Under the pieces are notes generated by a model, which was given only the letters and a program-made list of their open reading frames with translations, made no database searches and was not told the origin of the DNA. The translations under genes and the position numbers were made by a program. This document shows positions 7,518-17,067 of a DNA stretch of 35,350 nucleotides, one piece after another (the first letter of the stretch is position 1; the number at the start of each line of letters is the position of its first letter). This DNA is from Patescibacteria group bacterium (GTDB lineage: Bacteria > Patescibacteriota > Minisyncoccia > UBA10092): assembly GCA_018826255.1 (NCBI GenBank), contig JAHJZO010000023.1, positions 1-35,350 on the forward strand. The letters are read 5' to 3'.

Positions 7518-7949
7518 ATGCTATTAGGAGAATTTAAGCACAATCTGGATTCCAAGAACCGACTGACAATTCCGGCTAAATTAAGGATGGAATTAGGCGA
7601 GAAGCCGGTTTTAACAAGAGGATTGGACGGATGTTTATTCGTTTATCCCAACCGTGATTGGCAGCTCTTTTCAGAAAAAATCAATAATTTACCGCTCGGG
7701 CAGAAAAAGGCCAGAGATTTCAAAAGGTTTATGCTTTCCGGCGCTTCCGAAATTGAAATTGATGAAATGGGAAGAATTTTAATTCCCGACCCGCTAAAAA
7801 AATATGCAAAGCTCGGAAAATCAATCGTGGTAATCGGAGTTCAAGACAGAATTGAGTTATGGGATGAAAACGCTTGGGACAAATACATCGCTGAATCGGA
7901 AAAGCTGTCCGGCGATATTGCTGAAGGGCTAAGCGAGTTTGGGATTTAA
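7518..7949 (+). CDS. mraZ: Division/cell wall cluster transcriptional repressor MraZ
   Basis: GEFKHNLDSKNRLTIPAKLR, TRGLDGCLFVYP, DEMGRILIP, DRIELW. Confidence 0.97.
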   Translation: MLLGEFKHNLDSKNRLTIPAKLRMELGEKPVLTRGLDGCLFVYPNRDWQLFSEKINNLPLGQKKARDFKRFMLSGASEIEIDEMGRILIPDPLKKYAKLGKSIVVIGVQDRIELWDENAWDKYIAESEKLSGDIAEGLSEFGI

Positions 7950-7950
7950 A

Positions 7951-8856
7951 ATGGCGCATATTCCTGTTCTTTTAGATGAAGTGATAAGTTTTTTGGCTCC
8001 GAAACCAAATCAGAATTTTGTTGACGCGACCGTTGGAGATGGCGGTCACGCCAAAGCGATTTTGAAAAAAACATCACCAAACGGAAAATTGATTGCAATT
8101 GACCGCGATATTAATTCAATAGTTAGAGCTAGAAGCAATTTGAAAGAGTTTGGAGACAGGGTTCTTTTTATAAATGATTCCTTCGGCAATCTTTTAAAGA
8201 TTACCGAAGAATTAAAAATCGGTTTTATTCATGGCATTATATTTGATTTCGGGATGTCGACCAATCAGCTGGAAAATTCGGGAAGGGGATTTTCATTTCA
8301 GAAAGATGAAATTCTAGACATGCGTTTTGATTCTAAAAATCCGCTGACGGCCGAGGATGTCGTAAATGATTATTCCGAAGAGCAACTGGTTACTCTTTTT
8401 AAGAAATTCGGCGAAGAACCGAAAGCCAAGGTGATTGCCAGGGCCATAGTTGCTTTCAGAAAAAATCAAAGAATAAAAACAACGCAAGATTTAGTGGGAA
8501 TCATAGAAAGAGTTGTAAAACGCCATGGCAAATTAAATCCCGCTACTCTAGTTTTTCAAGCCATAAGGATTGAAGTTAATCAGGAACTGGTTGAAATAGA
8601 AAAAGCTTTAGCGGCCGTTCCCGAGATTTTATCGAAAGACGGAAGAGCGGCATTCATATCGTTCCATTCATTGGAAGATCGTTTAATAAAAAATTGGTCG
8701 CGAGACTTAAATAAGAAAAATATCGTCAAAATTTTAAATAAAAAACCAATTACCGCTGTTGCCGAAGAAATAAAAATTAATCCCAAAAGCCGCAGCGCAA
8801 AGTTAAGAATAATAGTCTCCCTACGGGAGATCTCCCGAAGGGAGAAAAAAATATGA
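7951..8856 (+). CDS. rsmH: 16S rRNA m4C1402 methyltransferase RsmH
   Basis: HIPVLLDEV, DATVGDGGH, RGFSF, LDMRFD, FQAIRIEVN, SFHSLEDR, SRSAKLR; start ATG 7951. Confidence 0.97.
   Translation: MAHIPVLLDEVISFLAPKPNQNFVDATVGDGGHAKAILKKTSPNGKLIAIDRDINSIVRARSNLKEFGDRVLFINDSFGNLLKITEELKIGFIHGIIFDFGMSTNQLENSGRGFSFQKDEILDMRFDSKNPLTAEDVVNDYSEEQLVTLFKKFGEEPKAKVIARAIVAFRKNQRIKTTQDLVGIIERVVKRHGKLNPATLVFQAIRIEVNQELVEIEKALAAVPEILSKDGRAAFISFHSLEDRLIKNWSRDLNKKNIVKILNKKPITAVAEEIKINPKSRSAKLRIIVSLREISRREKKI
8816..8845. repeat. 30-nt double-hairpin element within the rsmH 3' end
   Basis: TCTCCC-TAC-GGGAGA TCTCCC-GAA-GGGAGA; removal restores a canonical-looking ...KLRIIEKI* end. Confidence 0.85.
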
Positions 8857-9173
8857 CCAGGTCGTTAATGAGAATAAAAGCATTTAGAAACGTTAATATA
8901 GAAACATTGAATAAAGTGGCGGTTTTGGGCGTCATGTGTTTAGCGCTTCTTTGCTTATTTATGGCCAATAATGTGGCTTTGGCTAGTTATCAGAAAAACA
9001 TGCTTCAAAAAAATATCAACGACATAAGAACAGAAATTAGAGATCTTAATTTGAAGCTTTCAGAAAAGCGAAGCATTGGATTTTTAAAGCAGGCAGTTCA
9101 AAATTTAGGCCTTATAGTAAATGACCAAATTCAATACATCAAGGTTGTCGGTCCGGTGGCAAAAAATCAGTAG
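8853..9173 (+). CDS. FtsL-like bitopic cell division protein
   Basis: Single TM followed by a coiled coil; position between rsmH and the PBP gene. Confidence 0.65.
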   Translation: MTRSLMRIKAFRNVNIETLNKVAVLGVMCLALLCLFMANNVALASYQKNMLQKNINDIRTEIRDLNLKLSEKRSIGFLKQAVQNLGLIVNDQIQYIKVVGPVAKNQ

Positions 9174-9175
9174 TA

Positions 9176-10816
9176 ATGAAAAAATATAATCCAGAAAATA
9201 GAATTATAGTCTTGATTTTTGCGTTTGCTCTGTTGGGGCTCTTAATCTGGGGGCGCTTTTTTTATTTGTCCATTATTCTTCATGATCATTATACGGCTAA
9301 GGCAAAAAATATAAGCGATAATAGCGGTGTCGCTGTCCCCCGCGGCAGTATTTTTTTAACTGATAAAAATAATCTCCCTTATGCCGCCGCGTTAAATAAA
9401 GAATTTTCTTTTATTTATGCCATACCTAAAAAAGTTAACGATCCGGTAGAATTAGCAAAAAAAATAGCCCCAATTTTAGAACTGGAAGAATCGTTTTTAG
9501 TCCAAAAATTATCAAAAAAAGACGACCCTTATGAAATCATAAAAAGAAAAGTTTCCGATACAGTCGTTGATGCGATAAAAGTTCTTAAAGAACCGGCGCT
9601 TGGTGTTGATAATGAAACTCTAAGATATTATCCAGAAGGTTTAAATCTCTCTCAAGTCATAGGCTTTTTGGGATTCAATAAAAATGGTCAAGCCGGCCAA
9701 TACGGACTTGAAGAATATTACGACGAAGAACTATCGGGATTATTTTCCAGCGCAGATTTGATTTTGACTATTGATTCGGCAATACAAATTAAAGCCGGAA
9801 CATTGATAGTTGATGCCGTTAAAGCATGGAGCGCCGATAGCGGTTCCATTATAGTAATGAACCCCAAAAACGGAAATATATTGGCTATGGCTTCTTTTCC
9901 GGAATTTGACGCTAATAATTATTCTGCCGTTTCCGATAAAAATATTTTTATGAACCCAGCTACATTAAAACGTTATGAACCCGGTTCGGTTTTTAAGCCT
10001 CTTATTATGGCTATAGGCATCGAAACGGGAGCCGTCACGCCGGAAACTGAATACTACAACACGGGCAGTGTTAAAGTTGCCGATAGAACAATGTCCAATT
10101 CAATTCCTGATAAAATTTTGGGCTGGCAGACAATGACAATGGTTTTGGAGCAATCATTGAATACCGGGGCGGTTTTTGTCCAACAAAAAATACCTAAAGA
10201 TATATTTCTTAAATATTTGAAAGATTTTGGCGTTGACAGCAAAACAGGTATTGATGTTGCAGAGATGTCCGGAGATATTTCGCCGCTTTTAACCGGCCGC
10301 GATGTGAACTACGCCACCGCTTCATTCGGTCAAGGCGTAGCCGTTACTCCAATCGAATTGCTTCGGGCGTTATCAGCGGTTGCTAACGGTGGCAAATTAA
10401 TCAGACCTCATTTGGTGTCTAAAGTTGTTTTTCACGACGGCAAAACAAGTGAAACCGATGAAATTCTTCAAGCACGGATCGTGTCTCCAGAAACATCGGC
10501 GAAATTAGTTAATATGCTGGTCAAAGTTATTGAAAATGGCAGTGGCCGCCGGGCGCAAGTTAAGGGTTATACAATCGCCGGAAAAACCGGCACAGCTCAA
10601 ATACCGGACTTAAAAAATGGCGGATATCTTGATGAAAATATTCACACTTTTGTGGCTTTCGCGCCAGCTTATGACCCTAGGTTTATCGCTTTAATAAAAC
10701 TTGATTCCCCCAGAGGAAGTCAATTTTCCGAAAGCACAGTTGTTCCTGTATTTAAAAATTTGGCGGAATTTATATTCAATTACTTGGAAATTCCTCCGGA
10801 CAAACCAGTTGAATAA
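9176..10816 (+). CDS. ftsI: Class B penicillin-binding protein (FtsI/PBP2-type transpeptidase)
   Basis: N-terminal TM, PRGSI, GLEEYYD, SVFK (SxxK), SLN (SxN), KTGTAQ; dcw position. Confidence 0.9.
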   Translation: MKKYNPENRIIVLIFAFALLGLLIWGRFFYLSIILHDHYTAKAKNISDNSGVAVPRGSIFLTDKNNLPYAAALNKEFSFIYAIPKKVNDPVELAKKIAPILELEESFLVQKLSKKDDPYEIIKRKVSDTVVDAIKVLKEPALGVDNETLRYYPEGLNLSQVIGFLGFNKNGQAGQYGLEEYYDEELSGLFSSADLILTIDSAIQIKAGTLIVDAVKAWSADSGSIIVMNPKNGNILAMASFPEFDANNYSAVSDKNIFMNPATLKRYEPGSVFKPLIMAIGIETGAVTPETEYYNTGSVKVADRTMSNSIPDKILGWQTMTMVLEQSLNTGAVFVQQKIPKDIFLKYLKDFGVDSKTGIDVAEMSGDISPLLTGRDVNYATASFGQGVAVTPIELLRALSAVANGGKLIRPHLVSKVVFHDGKTSETDEILQARIVSPETSAKLVNMLVKVIENGSGRRAQVKGYTIAGKTGTAQIPDLKNGGYLDENIHTFVAFAPAYDPRFIALIKLDSPRGSQFSESTVVPVFKNLAEFIFNYLEIPPDKPVE

Positions 10817-10845
10817 CGGCCCTAAACGTTTTATACTTACAAGAT

Positions 10846-12042
10846 ATGCTTGATTCTAAAATAAAAGTCGCAGTAATTTTCGGAAGCCGTTCGGTTGAAC
10901 ACGAAGTTTCAATTGTTACGGCGATGCAAGTTTTTGAAAATATCAACCGTGAAAAATACAAGGTAATTCCGGTTTATATCGATAAATCAGGTCGCTGGTT
11001 TGTTGATGATAAATTGGAAAAAATAGAGAACTATAAAAACTTAAAATTCACCGACATTAAAGCGCCGGAATATTTTTTCGCGGCTTCAACGAGTGTTAAG
11101 TCTTTAATGCCAAAGTCCGCGCTGAAATTTTTAAATAAAATCTCTGTCGACATATATTTTCTCGCGATTCACGGCACCTTTGGAGAAGATGGTACCCTAC
11201 AGGGCGTTTTAGAAATGGCTGACGTTCCATATACTGGCAGTGGTGTGACCGGTTCGGCTGTCGGAATGGACAAAATAATCCAAAAATCTGTTTTTAATGA
11301 TGCGGGGCTTCCGGTTGTAAAATCCGTCTGGTTTTTGAAAAGCGAGTGGGAAGATAATAAGATTGATACCATAAAAAACATAGAAAAAAATTTGAATTAT
11401 CCGGTTTTTGTTAAACCTGCCAATTTGGGAAGCAGTGTTGCTATCAGCAAAGCTCATGGCGCTAAAGAATTAGAAGAAGCGATAAATGTCGCTTCTCAAT
11501 TTGATAAGCGTGTTTTAATCGAAGAAGGAAAGGAAAATATTATTGAAATTAATTGTTCTGTTTTAGGCAATGACGAATTAACCGCGTCGGTTTGCGAACA
11601 GCCCCTAAAGTCAGAAGGCATTCTTTCATACGAAGATAAGTATATGAAAGGCGGCAAAACAAAAGGAATGGCCGGTCTTTCACGACTTGTACCGGCGCCA
11701 ATCAGCGAAGAATTGGCTGAAAAAATTCAAAAGATGTCAAAAATCGCTTTCAGAGCCGTTGACGCTTCCGGTGTTGCCAGAATTGACTTTCTGGTTGACC
11801 CCGGTAGAAATGATATTTCTAACGGGGTTGACGAAAAAAGTAATAACGTTTGGGTTAATGAAATAAATACTCTGCCAGGTTCATTGGCTTTCTATTTATG
11901 GGAAAAAAGCGGTTTAAGTTTTAGCGAGTTAATCGATAAACTTATCGATTTGGGCTTTGAACGCCACAAAGAAAAGCAAAAATTAACTTTCAGTTACGAC
12001 TCCAATTTGCTTTCTAAAATGGCTACTGGAAATAAGAACTAA
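10846..12042 (+). CDS. ddl: D-alanine--D-alanine ligase
   Basis: FGSRSVEHEVS, HGTFGEDGTLQG, YPVFVKPANLGSS, YEDKY, RIDFL, NEINTLPG. Confidence 0.96.
   Translation: MLDSKIKVAVIFGSRSVEHEVSIVTAMQVFENINREKYKVIPVYIDKSGRWFVDDKLEKIENYKNLKFTDIKAPEYFFAASTSVKSLMPKSALKFLNKISVDIYFLAIHGTFGEDGTLQGVLEMADVPYTGSGVTGSAVGMDKIIQKSVFNDAGLPVVKSVWFLKSEWEDNKIDTIKNIEKNLNYPVFVKPANLGSSVAISKAHGAKELEEAINVASQFDKRVLIEEGKENIIEINCSVLGNDELTASVCEQPLKSEGILSYEDKYMKGGKTKGMAGLSRLVPAPISEELAEKIQKMSKIAFRAVDASGVARIDFLVDPGRNDISNGVDEKSNNVWVNEINTLPGSLAFYLWEKSGLSFSELIDKLIDLGFERHKEKQKLTFSYDSNLLSKMATGNKN
11793..11832. mobile_element. 33-nt in-frame hairpin insert in ddl flanked by GGTTGAC direct repeats
   Basis: GGTTGAC-CCCGGTAGAAATGATATTTCTAACGG-GGTTGAC; 14-bp stem with one mismatch; adds 11 aa (PGRNDISNGVD). 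Confidence 0.8.
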
Positions 12043-13208
12043 AAATAGTGGTCGGGGAGGTCGTTTTCTAAAAGAATGGTTGAGCCTGGGATAGTGATTT
12101 CCGAAAGTTTTTTCTTAGCCGAATCCAAATCCGGCGCCCAAAAAACATTTTTAGCAAATCCTTCCTTCAGGCCTTCTTCTAAGGCACGCTTATTTGTTTC
12201 GCCGACTATAATTACATAGTCGGCGACTTCGGCGGCGCTTCGCGCCGCATCTTTATTTAATTCAAACTGTTTTTCTCCAAGTTCAATCATTCCCGGTGTT
12301 ACCAGAATCTTTTTTTGAGCATTGGTGTTTTTTAAGGTTTCCAGCGCGAAAATAAAACCCGCCGGGTTTGAATTATAAGTATCGTCAATAATTGTAATAT
12401 CGCCGGATGCTTTTATAATTTCTTGGCGGTGTTGTATCGGTGGCGTTGTTTCTATTCTTCCCAATACTTCTTCCTCATTAAGCCCGAAAATTTTGCCGAT
12501 TTTTATAAGTAATTCTTTTTTTAAAGAAAAGAATTCAATATTTGCCAAAAATTTATAATTTTTTATTTGGGGCTCTAATTCTTTAGGCAAAAATCCAGTA
12601 CCATCTTTGGGTAACGATTCAATTAATTCCAATTTTGTTTTTAAAATACTTTCCATTGAACCGAATCTTTCAAAATGCATTGGCCCAATAGCGGTGACAA
12701 TTCCAATTTTTGGTCCGACAAGCCCGGCGATTTCTTTTATATCGCCCGGCTGATAGGCGGCCATTTCACAGATAAAAATCTCATGCTTTGATTTCAGTTG
12801 CGATATAGTTTTAGCTATTCCAAGCAACGTATTGTAGTTTCCTTCGGTTTTTAAGACCTGATGCTTTGGAGCCAAAATGTGGAAGATTTCATTTTTGACT
12901 GTGGTTTTTCCGAAAGACCCCGTAATACCGATTGATATAAGGCCTGCCATTCTTTTTATTTTTACGCTGGCCATATAAACAAGAATTTTTTTAATCAGCC
13001 CATCAACTGGCGAGAAAATTAAAACAGCTTTTCTGATGCCGAAGATTTTGGCCAATATAAAAAGCGCGCGGGCTTTCGGAGTCCAATTTAAGCGGCTTTT
13101 TTTTTCTAAAACTATTCTATCCGGATAGCGCTTTAACCATTCATCAAAACGCTTTAAATCGTATTCTTCAAGCTGAAGAAGATATAGTTGATTTTTTAGC
13201 GGCATCAT
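12039..13208 (-). CDS. murF: UDP-MurNAc-tripeptide--D-Ala-D-Ala ligase MurF (shortened)
   Basis: GITGSFGKTT, GNYNTLLG, ICEMAA, HFERFGS, IDDTYNSNP, TPGMIELG, LLENDLPD. Confidence 0.88.
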   Translation of the reverse strand: MMPLKNQLYLLQLEEYDLKRFDEWLKRYPDRIVLEKKSRLNWTPKARALFILAKIFGIRKAVLIFSPVDGLIKKILVYMASVKIKRMAGLISIGITGSFGKTTVKNEIFHILAPKHQVLKTEGNYNTLLGIAKTISQLKSKHEIFICEMAAYQPGDIKEIAGLVGPKIGIVTAIGPMHFERFGSMESILKTKLELIESLPKDGTGFLPKELEPQIKNYKFLANIEFFSLKKELLIKIGKIFGLNEEEVLGRIETTPPIQHRQEIIKASGDITIIDDTYNSNPAGFIFALETLKNTNAQKKILVTPGMIELGEKQFELNKDAARSAAEVADYVIIVGETNKRALEEGLKEGFAKNVFWAPDLDSAKKKLSEITIPGSTILLENDLPDHYF

Positions 13209-13903
13209 ATGGAAATAAATTCTTTTATTATTTTTACAAACTCATCCGGTTTTTCTAAAAATACATGATGACCTGTATTTTTTATTACAGATAATTTAGC
13301 GCTGGGAATAAGTTTGGCAATAAGTTTCCCATGTTTCAATGGCGTCTCGTTATCATTTTCGCCCCAAATTACGAGAGTCGGGGCCTCTATAAGCGGGAGC
13401 TCCGGCGCTAAATTTTCTTTTATTATTATTTTGAACGTTTCCTTTAAGTACGGATTTTCAATTCGGGCATAATCGGAAATATCTAATCCTAGAAGTTTTA
13501 AGATAAACGGATAAGTTTTTTTTGGAAGAAAGTTTTTTATTATTTTTGCCGATTTTTCTGTAATCTTGATTTTAAAATTAGGTTCGCGAATAGCCGATGC
13601 GCCAATCAAAATTAATTTTGAGATAATTTCCGGATGAAGAATCGCCAGTTTTGCCGCAATCGCGCCACCGAAAGAATGCCCCGCAATTATCGGTTTATTA
13701 ATGTTTGTATCTTTCAAAAAGTTACAAATAAAATCAGCATAATCTTTGAGAGCCATTGGTTTTTCAATGGAGGACTTGCCGAAGCCTGGGAGGTCGGGCG
13801 TGTAAATTAAAAAATCATTTTTCAGATAATGCGAAAGTAGCCTGAATACCTCGGAAGAATTATCCCAGCCGTGAAGAAAAATTATTGTTTTTTGGGGATT
13901 CAT
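13205..13903 (-). CDS. Alpha/beta hydrolase
   Basis: IFLHGW, DLPGFG, GHSFGG nucleophile elbow, WGEND, GHHVF; start moved to ATG 13903 because the longer ORF overlaps tRNA-Glu. Confidence 0.92.
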   Translation of the reverse strand: MNPQKTIIFLHGWDNSSEVFRLLSHYLKNDFLIYTPDLPGFGKSSIEKPMALKDYADFICNFLKDTNINKPIIAGHSFGGAIAAKLAILHPEIISKLILIGASAIREPNFKIKITEKSAKIIKNFLPKKTYPFILKLLGLDISDYARIENPYLKETFKIIIKENLAPELPLIEAPTLVIWGENDNETPLKHGKLIAKLIPSAKLSVIKNTGHHVFLEKPDEFVKIIKEFISI

Positions 13904-13907
13904 TATG

Positions 13908-13936
13908 TTGAATGATGACATAATTTGGTCTATAGT
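13908..13936 (+). promoter_or_regulatory. Promoter of tRNA-Glu and downstream genes
   Basis: TTGAAT-17-TATAGT ending 9 nt before the tRNA. Confidence 0.6.
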
Positions 13937-13945
13937 ATCAAGAAT

Positions 13946-14018
13946 GCCGCTATCGTCTAATGGCTTAGGACGTCGCGTTCTCAACGCGGGAATCGGGGTT
14001 CGATTCCCCGTAGCGGTA
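13946..14018 (+). tRNA. tRNA-Glu(CTC)
   Basis: Acceptor GCCGCTA/TAGCGGT, anticodon arm TCGCG-TT CTC AA-CGCGG, GGGG-TTCGATT-CCCC; no CCA. Confidence 0.95.
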
Positions 14019-14025
14019 CTAAACC

Positions 14026-14367
14026 ATGAAAGAATTTTTGAAGAATATAGTAAATAGAATATTACTGGGGTCAAGTTTGATTTTCAATATCGGGCTTTTT
14101 TTATTTTTTCTATTTTTTATAAGGCAAAGTAATATACCCATTGTTCTCCATTACAATGTCAATTGGGGCGTTGATTATTTAGGTGAAGTCAAAAACATAT
14201 TTATTTTGCCTGTTGTCGGATTGCTTATTCTGTCGCTGAATGGTTTTTTGGCGATAAATCTTTGGGGGAAAAATAAAACATTATCTTATTTTTTTACCGT
14301 TATAACATTACTGGTTCAATTTTTTCTCGTTATAAGCGGTATTGCTTTATATATAATTAACAGGTAA
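14026..14367 (+). CDS. Three-TM membrane protein (DUF1648-like)
   Basis: IVLHYNVNWGVDYLG loop between hydrophobic helices. Confidence 0.75.
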   Translation: MKEFLKNIVNRILLGSSLIFNIGLFLFFLFFIRQSNIPIVLHYNVNWGVDYLGEVKNIFILPVVGLLILSLNGFLAINLWGKNKTLSYFFTVITLLVQFFLVISGIALYIINR

Positions 14368-14388
14368 TATATCCCAGCAGTTACAAAT

Positions 14389-14697
14389 ATGAAATTAGCA
14401 GTTATAAAAACAGGAGGAAAACAACATTTAGTTAAAGAGGGGGATAAGTTGAAGCTTAGCAAAATAATCGCCAATGAGGGCGATAGTATTGAATTTGATG
14501 AGGTTTTACTGGTGTCCGACAAAGAGACAAAAATCGGCGCGCCATTGGTTGAAGGAGCGAAAGTTTTGGCAGTAGTTTTGAAACAGGGACGTACCAAAAA
14601 AATTATTGTTTTTCATTACCATTCAAAAACACGCTATAGAAAAAAAGCCGGCCATCGCCAGCATTTTACGGAAGTTGAAATTTCAAAAATTATTTAA
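14389..14697 (+). CDS. rplU: 50S ribosomal protein L21
   Basis: AVIKTGGKQHLVKEGD, IGAPLVEGAKV, GHRQHFTEV. Confidence 0.97.
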   Translation: MKLAVIKTGGKQHLVKEGDKLKLSKIIANEGDSIEFDEVLLVSDKETKIGAPLVEGAKVLAVVLKQGRTKKIIVFHYHSKTRYRKKAGHRQHFTEVEISKII

Positions 14698-15313
14698 TTT
14701 CTTTGCGCGAATCCAACGCGCCGGAGAGTGTCTGCGCGTCGGCAAATTCTACATCCGCGCCATAAGGCAACCCTCGCCCAATACGGGTTATTTTTATTTT
14801 TAGCGGCTTAAGCAATCTTTCCAAGTAATGCGCAGTTAAATCCCCCTCGTGAGTGGGGGAAAGCGCCAGAATAATCTCTTTAACGCCTTTACTGGCGTTC
14901 TTTTTGTTTTCCTCTAGCCGGCTTATCAGCTCGGGCATTTTCAGGTTTTTTGGGATTGCCGTATCCAAAGCGGAAAATAAACCGCCCAATACATGATAGA
15001 GTCCTTTGTAGTTTCCGGATTTTTCAATTGTCGCAAGATCAGTTTCTTTTTCCACAACGCAGATTGTTTTATGGTCCCGGCCGGAGTTGTCACAAAAATG
15101 GCATTTATCGTTGCCGTTGTTTTCAATAGCAAAGTAACAACGCTGGCAAGTTTTTATTTCTTTACTCAAGCCTTCCAAGGATTTCTTTAAATTTTCTCGG
15201 ATATTTTTCTCTCCATTTAAAAGCCAAAAAGCCAGTCGCGCCGCCTGACGCGGCCCGATGCCCGGCAACTTGGAAAAATTATCTATAAAATCTTTTATAG
15301 GTTTTGGATACAT
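14690..15313 (-). CDS. recR: Recombination mediator RecR
   Basis: FSKLPGIGPRQAARLAF, C4 zinc finger CQRC...CHFC, ICVVE, YHVLGG, Toprim EIILAL; start ATG 15313. Confidence 0.96.
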   Translation of the reverse strand: MYPKPIKDFIDNFSKLPGIGPRQAARLAFWLLNGEKNIRENLKKSLEGLSKEIKTCQRCYFAIENNGNDKCHFCDNSGRDHKTICVVEKETDLATIEKSGNYKGLYHVLGGLFSALDTAIPKNLKMPELISRLEENKKNASKGVKEIILALSPTHEGDLTAHYLERLLKPLKIKITRIGRGLPYGADVEFADAQTLSGALDSRKEIK

Positions 15314-15314
15314 T

Positions 15315-16703
15315 TTAGTGAAGTTTATCCAGATTCTTAAAGCTGACAAAATTTTCATTGAAGTACAATTCCGATTTTCCGGTTGGGCCGTTGCGATGCT
15401 TGGCTACATGGATTTCAGCGATATTTTTTCGCTCAGTTTCACTGTTGGGTTTCGCCTTGTCTTCCCGATAAATAAACATGACCACGTCGGCATCTTGTTC
15501 AATGGAGCCCGATTCTCTTAAATCAGAAAGTTTCGGTATTTGATCGGTTCTTGCTTCTGGGGCGCGGGAAAGCTGGGAAAGCGCCAACACGGGAATATTT
15601 AGTTCTCTTGCCAAATTTTTTAACGCTCTTGAAATTTCACTGACTTCTTGCGTCCGATTTTCAAATCGCCCCGTTCCTTGCATTAGTTGCATATAGTCAA
15701 TAATTAAAAGGTCGAGGCCCTTTTCCGCCTGCAATCTTCTGGCCATGGTTCTTATTTGTAAAACATTCGGCGAAGCGGCGTCATCTATAAAAATCGGCGC
15801 TGATGATAGACGATCCAAAGCGGCTCCCATTTTGTCGAAGTCATTATCTTTACCCTCATCGGACAGTTGACCGGTTCGGAGCCGCCACAAGTCAACACTT
15901 GCTTCAGAGGCAATAAGACGTTCTACCAGCTGCTGTTTTGACATTTCCAAACTAAAAACGCCAACGGCCATTTTTTCATTAACAGCCGCGTGTCTGGCAA
16001 TATCAAGCGCTAAAGATGTTTTCCCCAAAGATGGCCGTGCCGCCAAAATTATCAAATCGGCTTTTTGCAATCCGGCCAACCGCTTGTCCAAATCAATAAA
16101 ACCGGTCGGGATTCCACGCCAAGTGTCGTCGCCCTTATGCAAGCGGTCAAATCTTTCAAATGCTTCGGTAAGATGCGGTTTGATATGCTGAAATTCTTGG
16201 ATAAGCGAAGTTTGGGAAACGCCAAAAATTTTCTTTTCAGCTTCGTCTAGAACTTCATCAATATTTTTATGTTCTTCCCAAGCCAGCGATGAGATTTCAT
16301 TTGAAGCGCTTATCAAATCGCGCAGAACTCTTTTTTGGCTGACTATTTTCGCGTAATGAACAACATTAGACGCCGTCGGCACGAAATTCATAAGAGTCGT
16401 GAGGTATGACATTCCACCGATATCTTTGAATTGTTTTTTTTCTTTAAGTTTGCTGCTGACGGTCAAAAGATCAATTGGCTCGCTTTTGGTATAAAGCTCA
16501 ACCATTGATGTAAATATCATTTCATGGATCTTGCGATAAAAATCTTTAGCGGTAATTATATCGGCGATTTTAATAATAGCGTCTCTATCTATCAAAAGAG
16601 AACCAAGAACCGATTGTTCGGCCTCAATATCTTGTGGTGGAAGCTGATTAGGGTTATACGGCAGCGATTTTTTAGTTTCTTTTGTATAAGTTTTTGCTGG
16701 CAT
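15315..16703 (-). CDS. dnaB: Replicative DNA helicase DnaB
   Basis: AEQSVLGSLL, AARPSLGKT, FSLEMS, IDYMQLM, LSQLSR, DLRESGSIEQDAD, KHRNGPTG. Confidence 0.99.
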   Translation of the reverse strand: MPAKTYTKETKKSLPYNPNQLPPQDIEAEQSVLGSLLIDRDAIIKIADIITAKDFYRKIHEMIFTSMVELYTKSEPIDLLTVSSKLKEKKQFKDIGGMSYLTTLMNFVPTASNVVHYAKIVSQKRVLRDLISASNEISSLAWEEHKNIDEVLDEAEKKIFGVSQTSLIQEFQHIKPHLTEAFERFDRLHKGDDTWRGIPTGFIDLDKRLAGLQKADLIILAARPSLGKTSLALDIARHAAVNEKMAVGVFSLEMSKQQLVERLIASEASVDLWRLRTGQLSDEGKDNDFDKMGAALDRLSSAPIFIDDAASPNVLQIRTMARRLQAEKGLDLLIIDYMQLMQGTGRFENRTQEVSEISRALKNLARELNIPVLALSQLSRAPEARTDQIPKLSDLRESGSIEQDADVVMFIYREDKAKPNSETERKNIAEIHVAKHRNGPTGKSELYFNENFVSFKNLDKLH

Positions 16704-16713
16704 ATTCGCAGTC

Positions 16714-16742
16714 AGTATAAATGTTTAATAAATTTCTCGCAA
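16714..16742 (-). promoter_or_regulatory. Promoter of dnaB-recR
   Basis: On the minus strand, TTGCGA-17-TATACT ending 10 nt before the dnaB ATG. Confidence 0.6.
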
Positions 16743-16788
16743 ATAAAAAAGTTGAAAACATGTGAATTGTATTTTTAAAAAAATTTAG

Positions 16789-17067
16789 TATTACGCTCTG
16801 GAAAATTCCTTGAGGCGCGAAATTAGAGAAGAAGCGGGCATTAAAGTCGGCAAGATGAGTTATTGTTGCGACATGACTTTTATTAGACTGGATAATATTC
16901 CGGTTATTATTTTAAGCTTCTATGCGCCGTATCAAAGTGGAGAAATAAAACTAGATAACGAAAGCATAGATCACGCCTGGGCAACTTTTGACGAGCTAAA
17001 AAACCACGACCTTATCGAGGGCATCGCGGACGAAATCAAAATGGTTGATGAGATAGTGAAAAGTTAA
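16789..17067 (+). pseudogene. 5'-truncated NUDIX hydrolase remnant
   Basis: YYALENSLRREIREEAGI is the second half of a Nudix box, preceded by an in-frame TAG at 16786-16788; the N-terminal half is absent. Confidence 0.7.

Noticed and set aside
13904..14074. N-terminal extension of the hydrolase ORF in the track
   Set aside because: It is the antisense of tRNA-Glu and its promoter; the fold begins at MNPQKTIIFLHGW.
14882..14899. AACGCC-TTTACT-GGCGTT hairpin in recR as another insert
   Set aside because: Only a 6-bp stem, no match to the other families, expected by chance.
15315..16703. Intein in DnaB
   Set aside because: Normal length (462 aa) with contiguous motifs.
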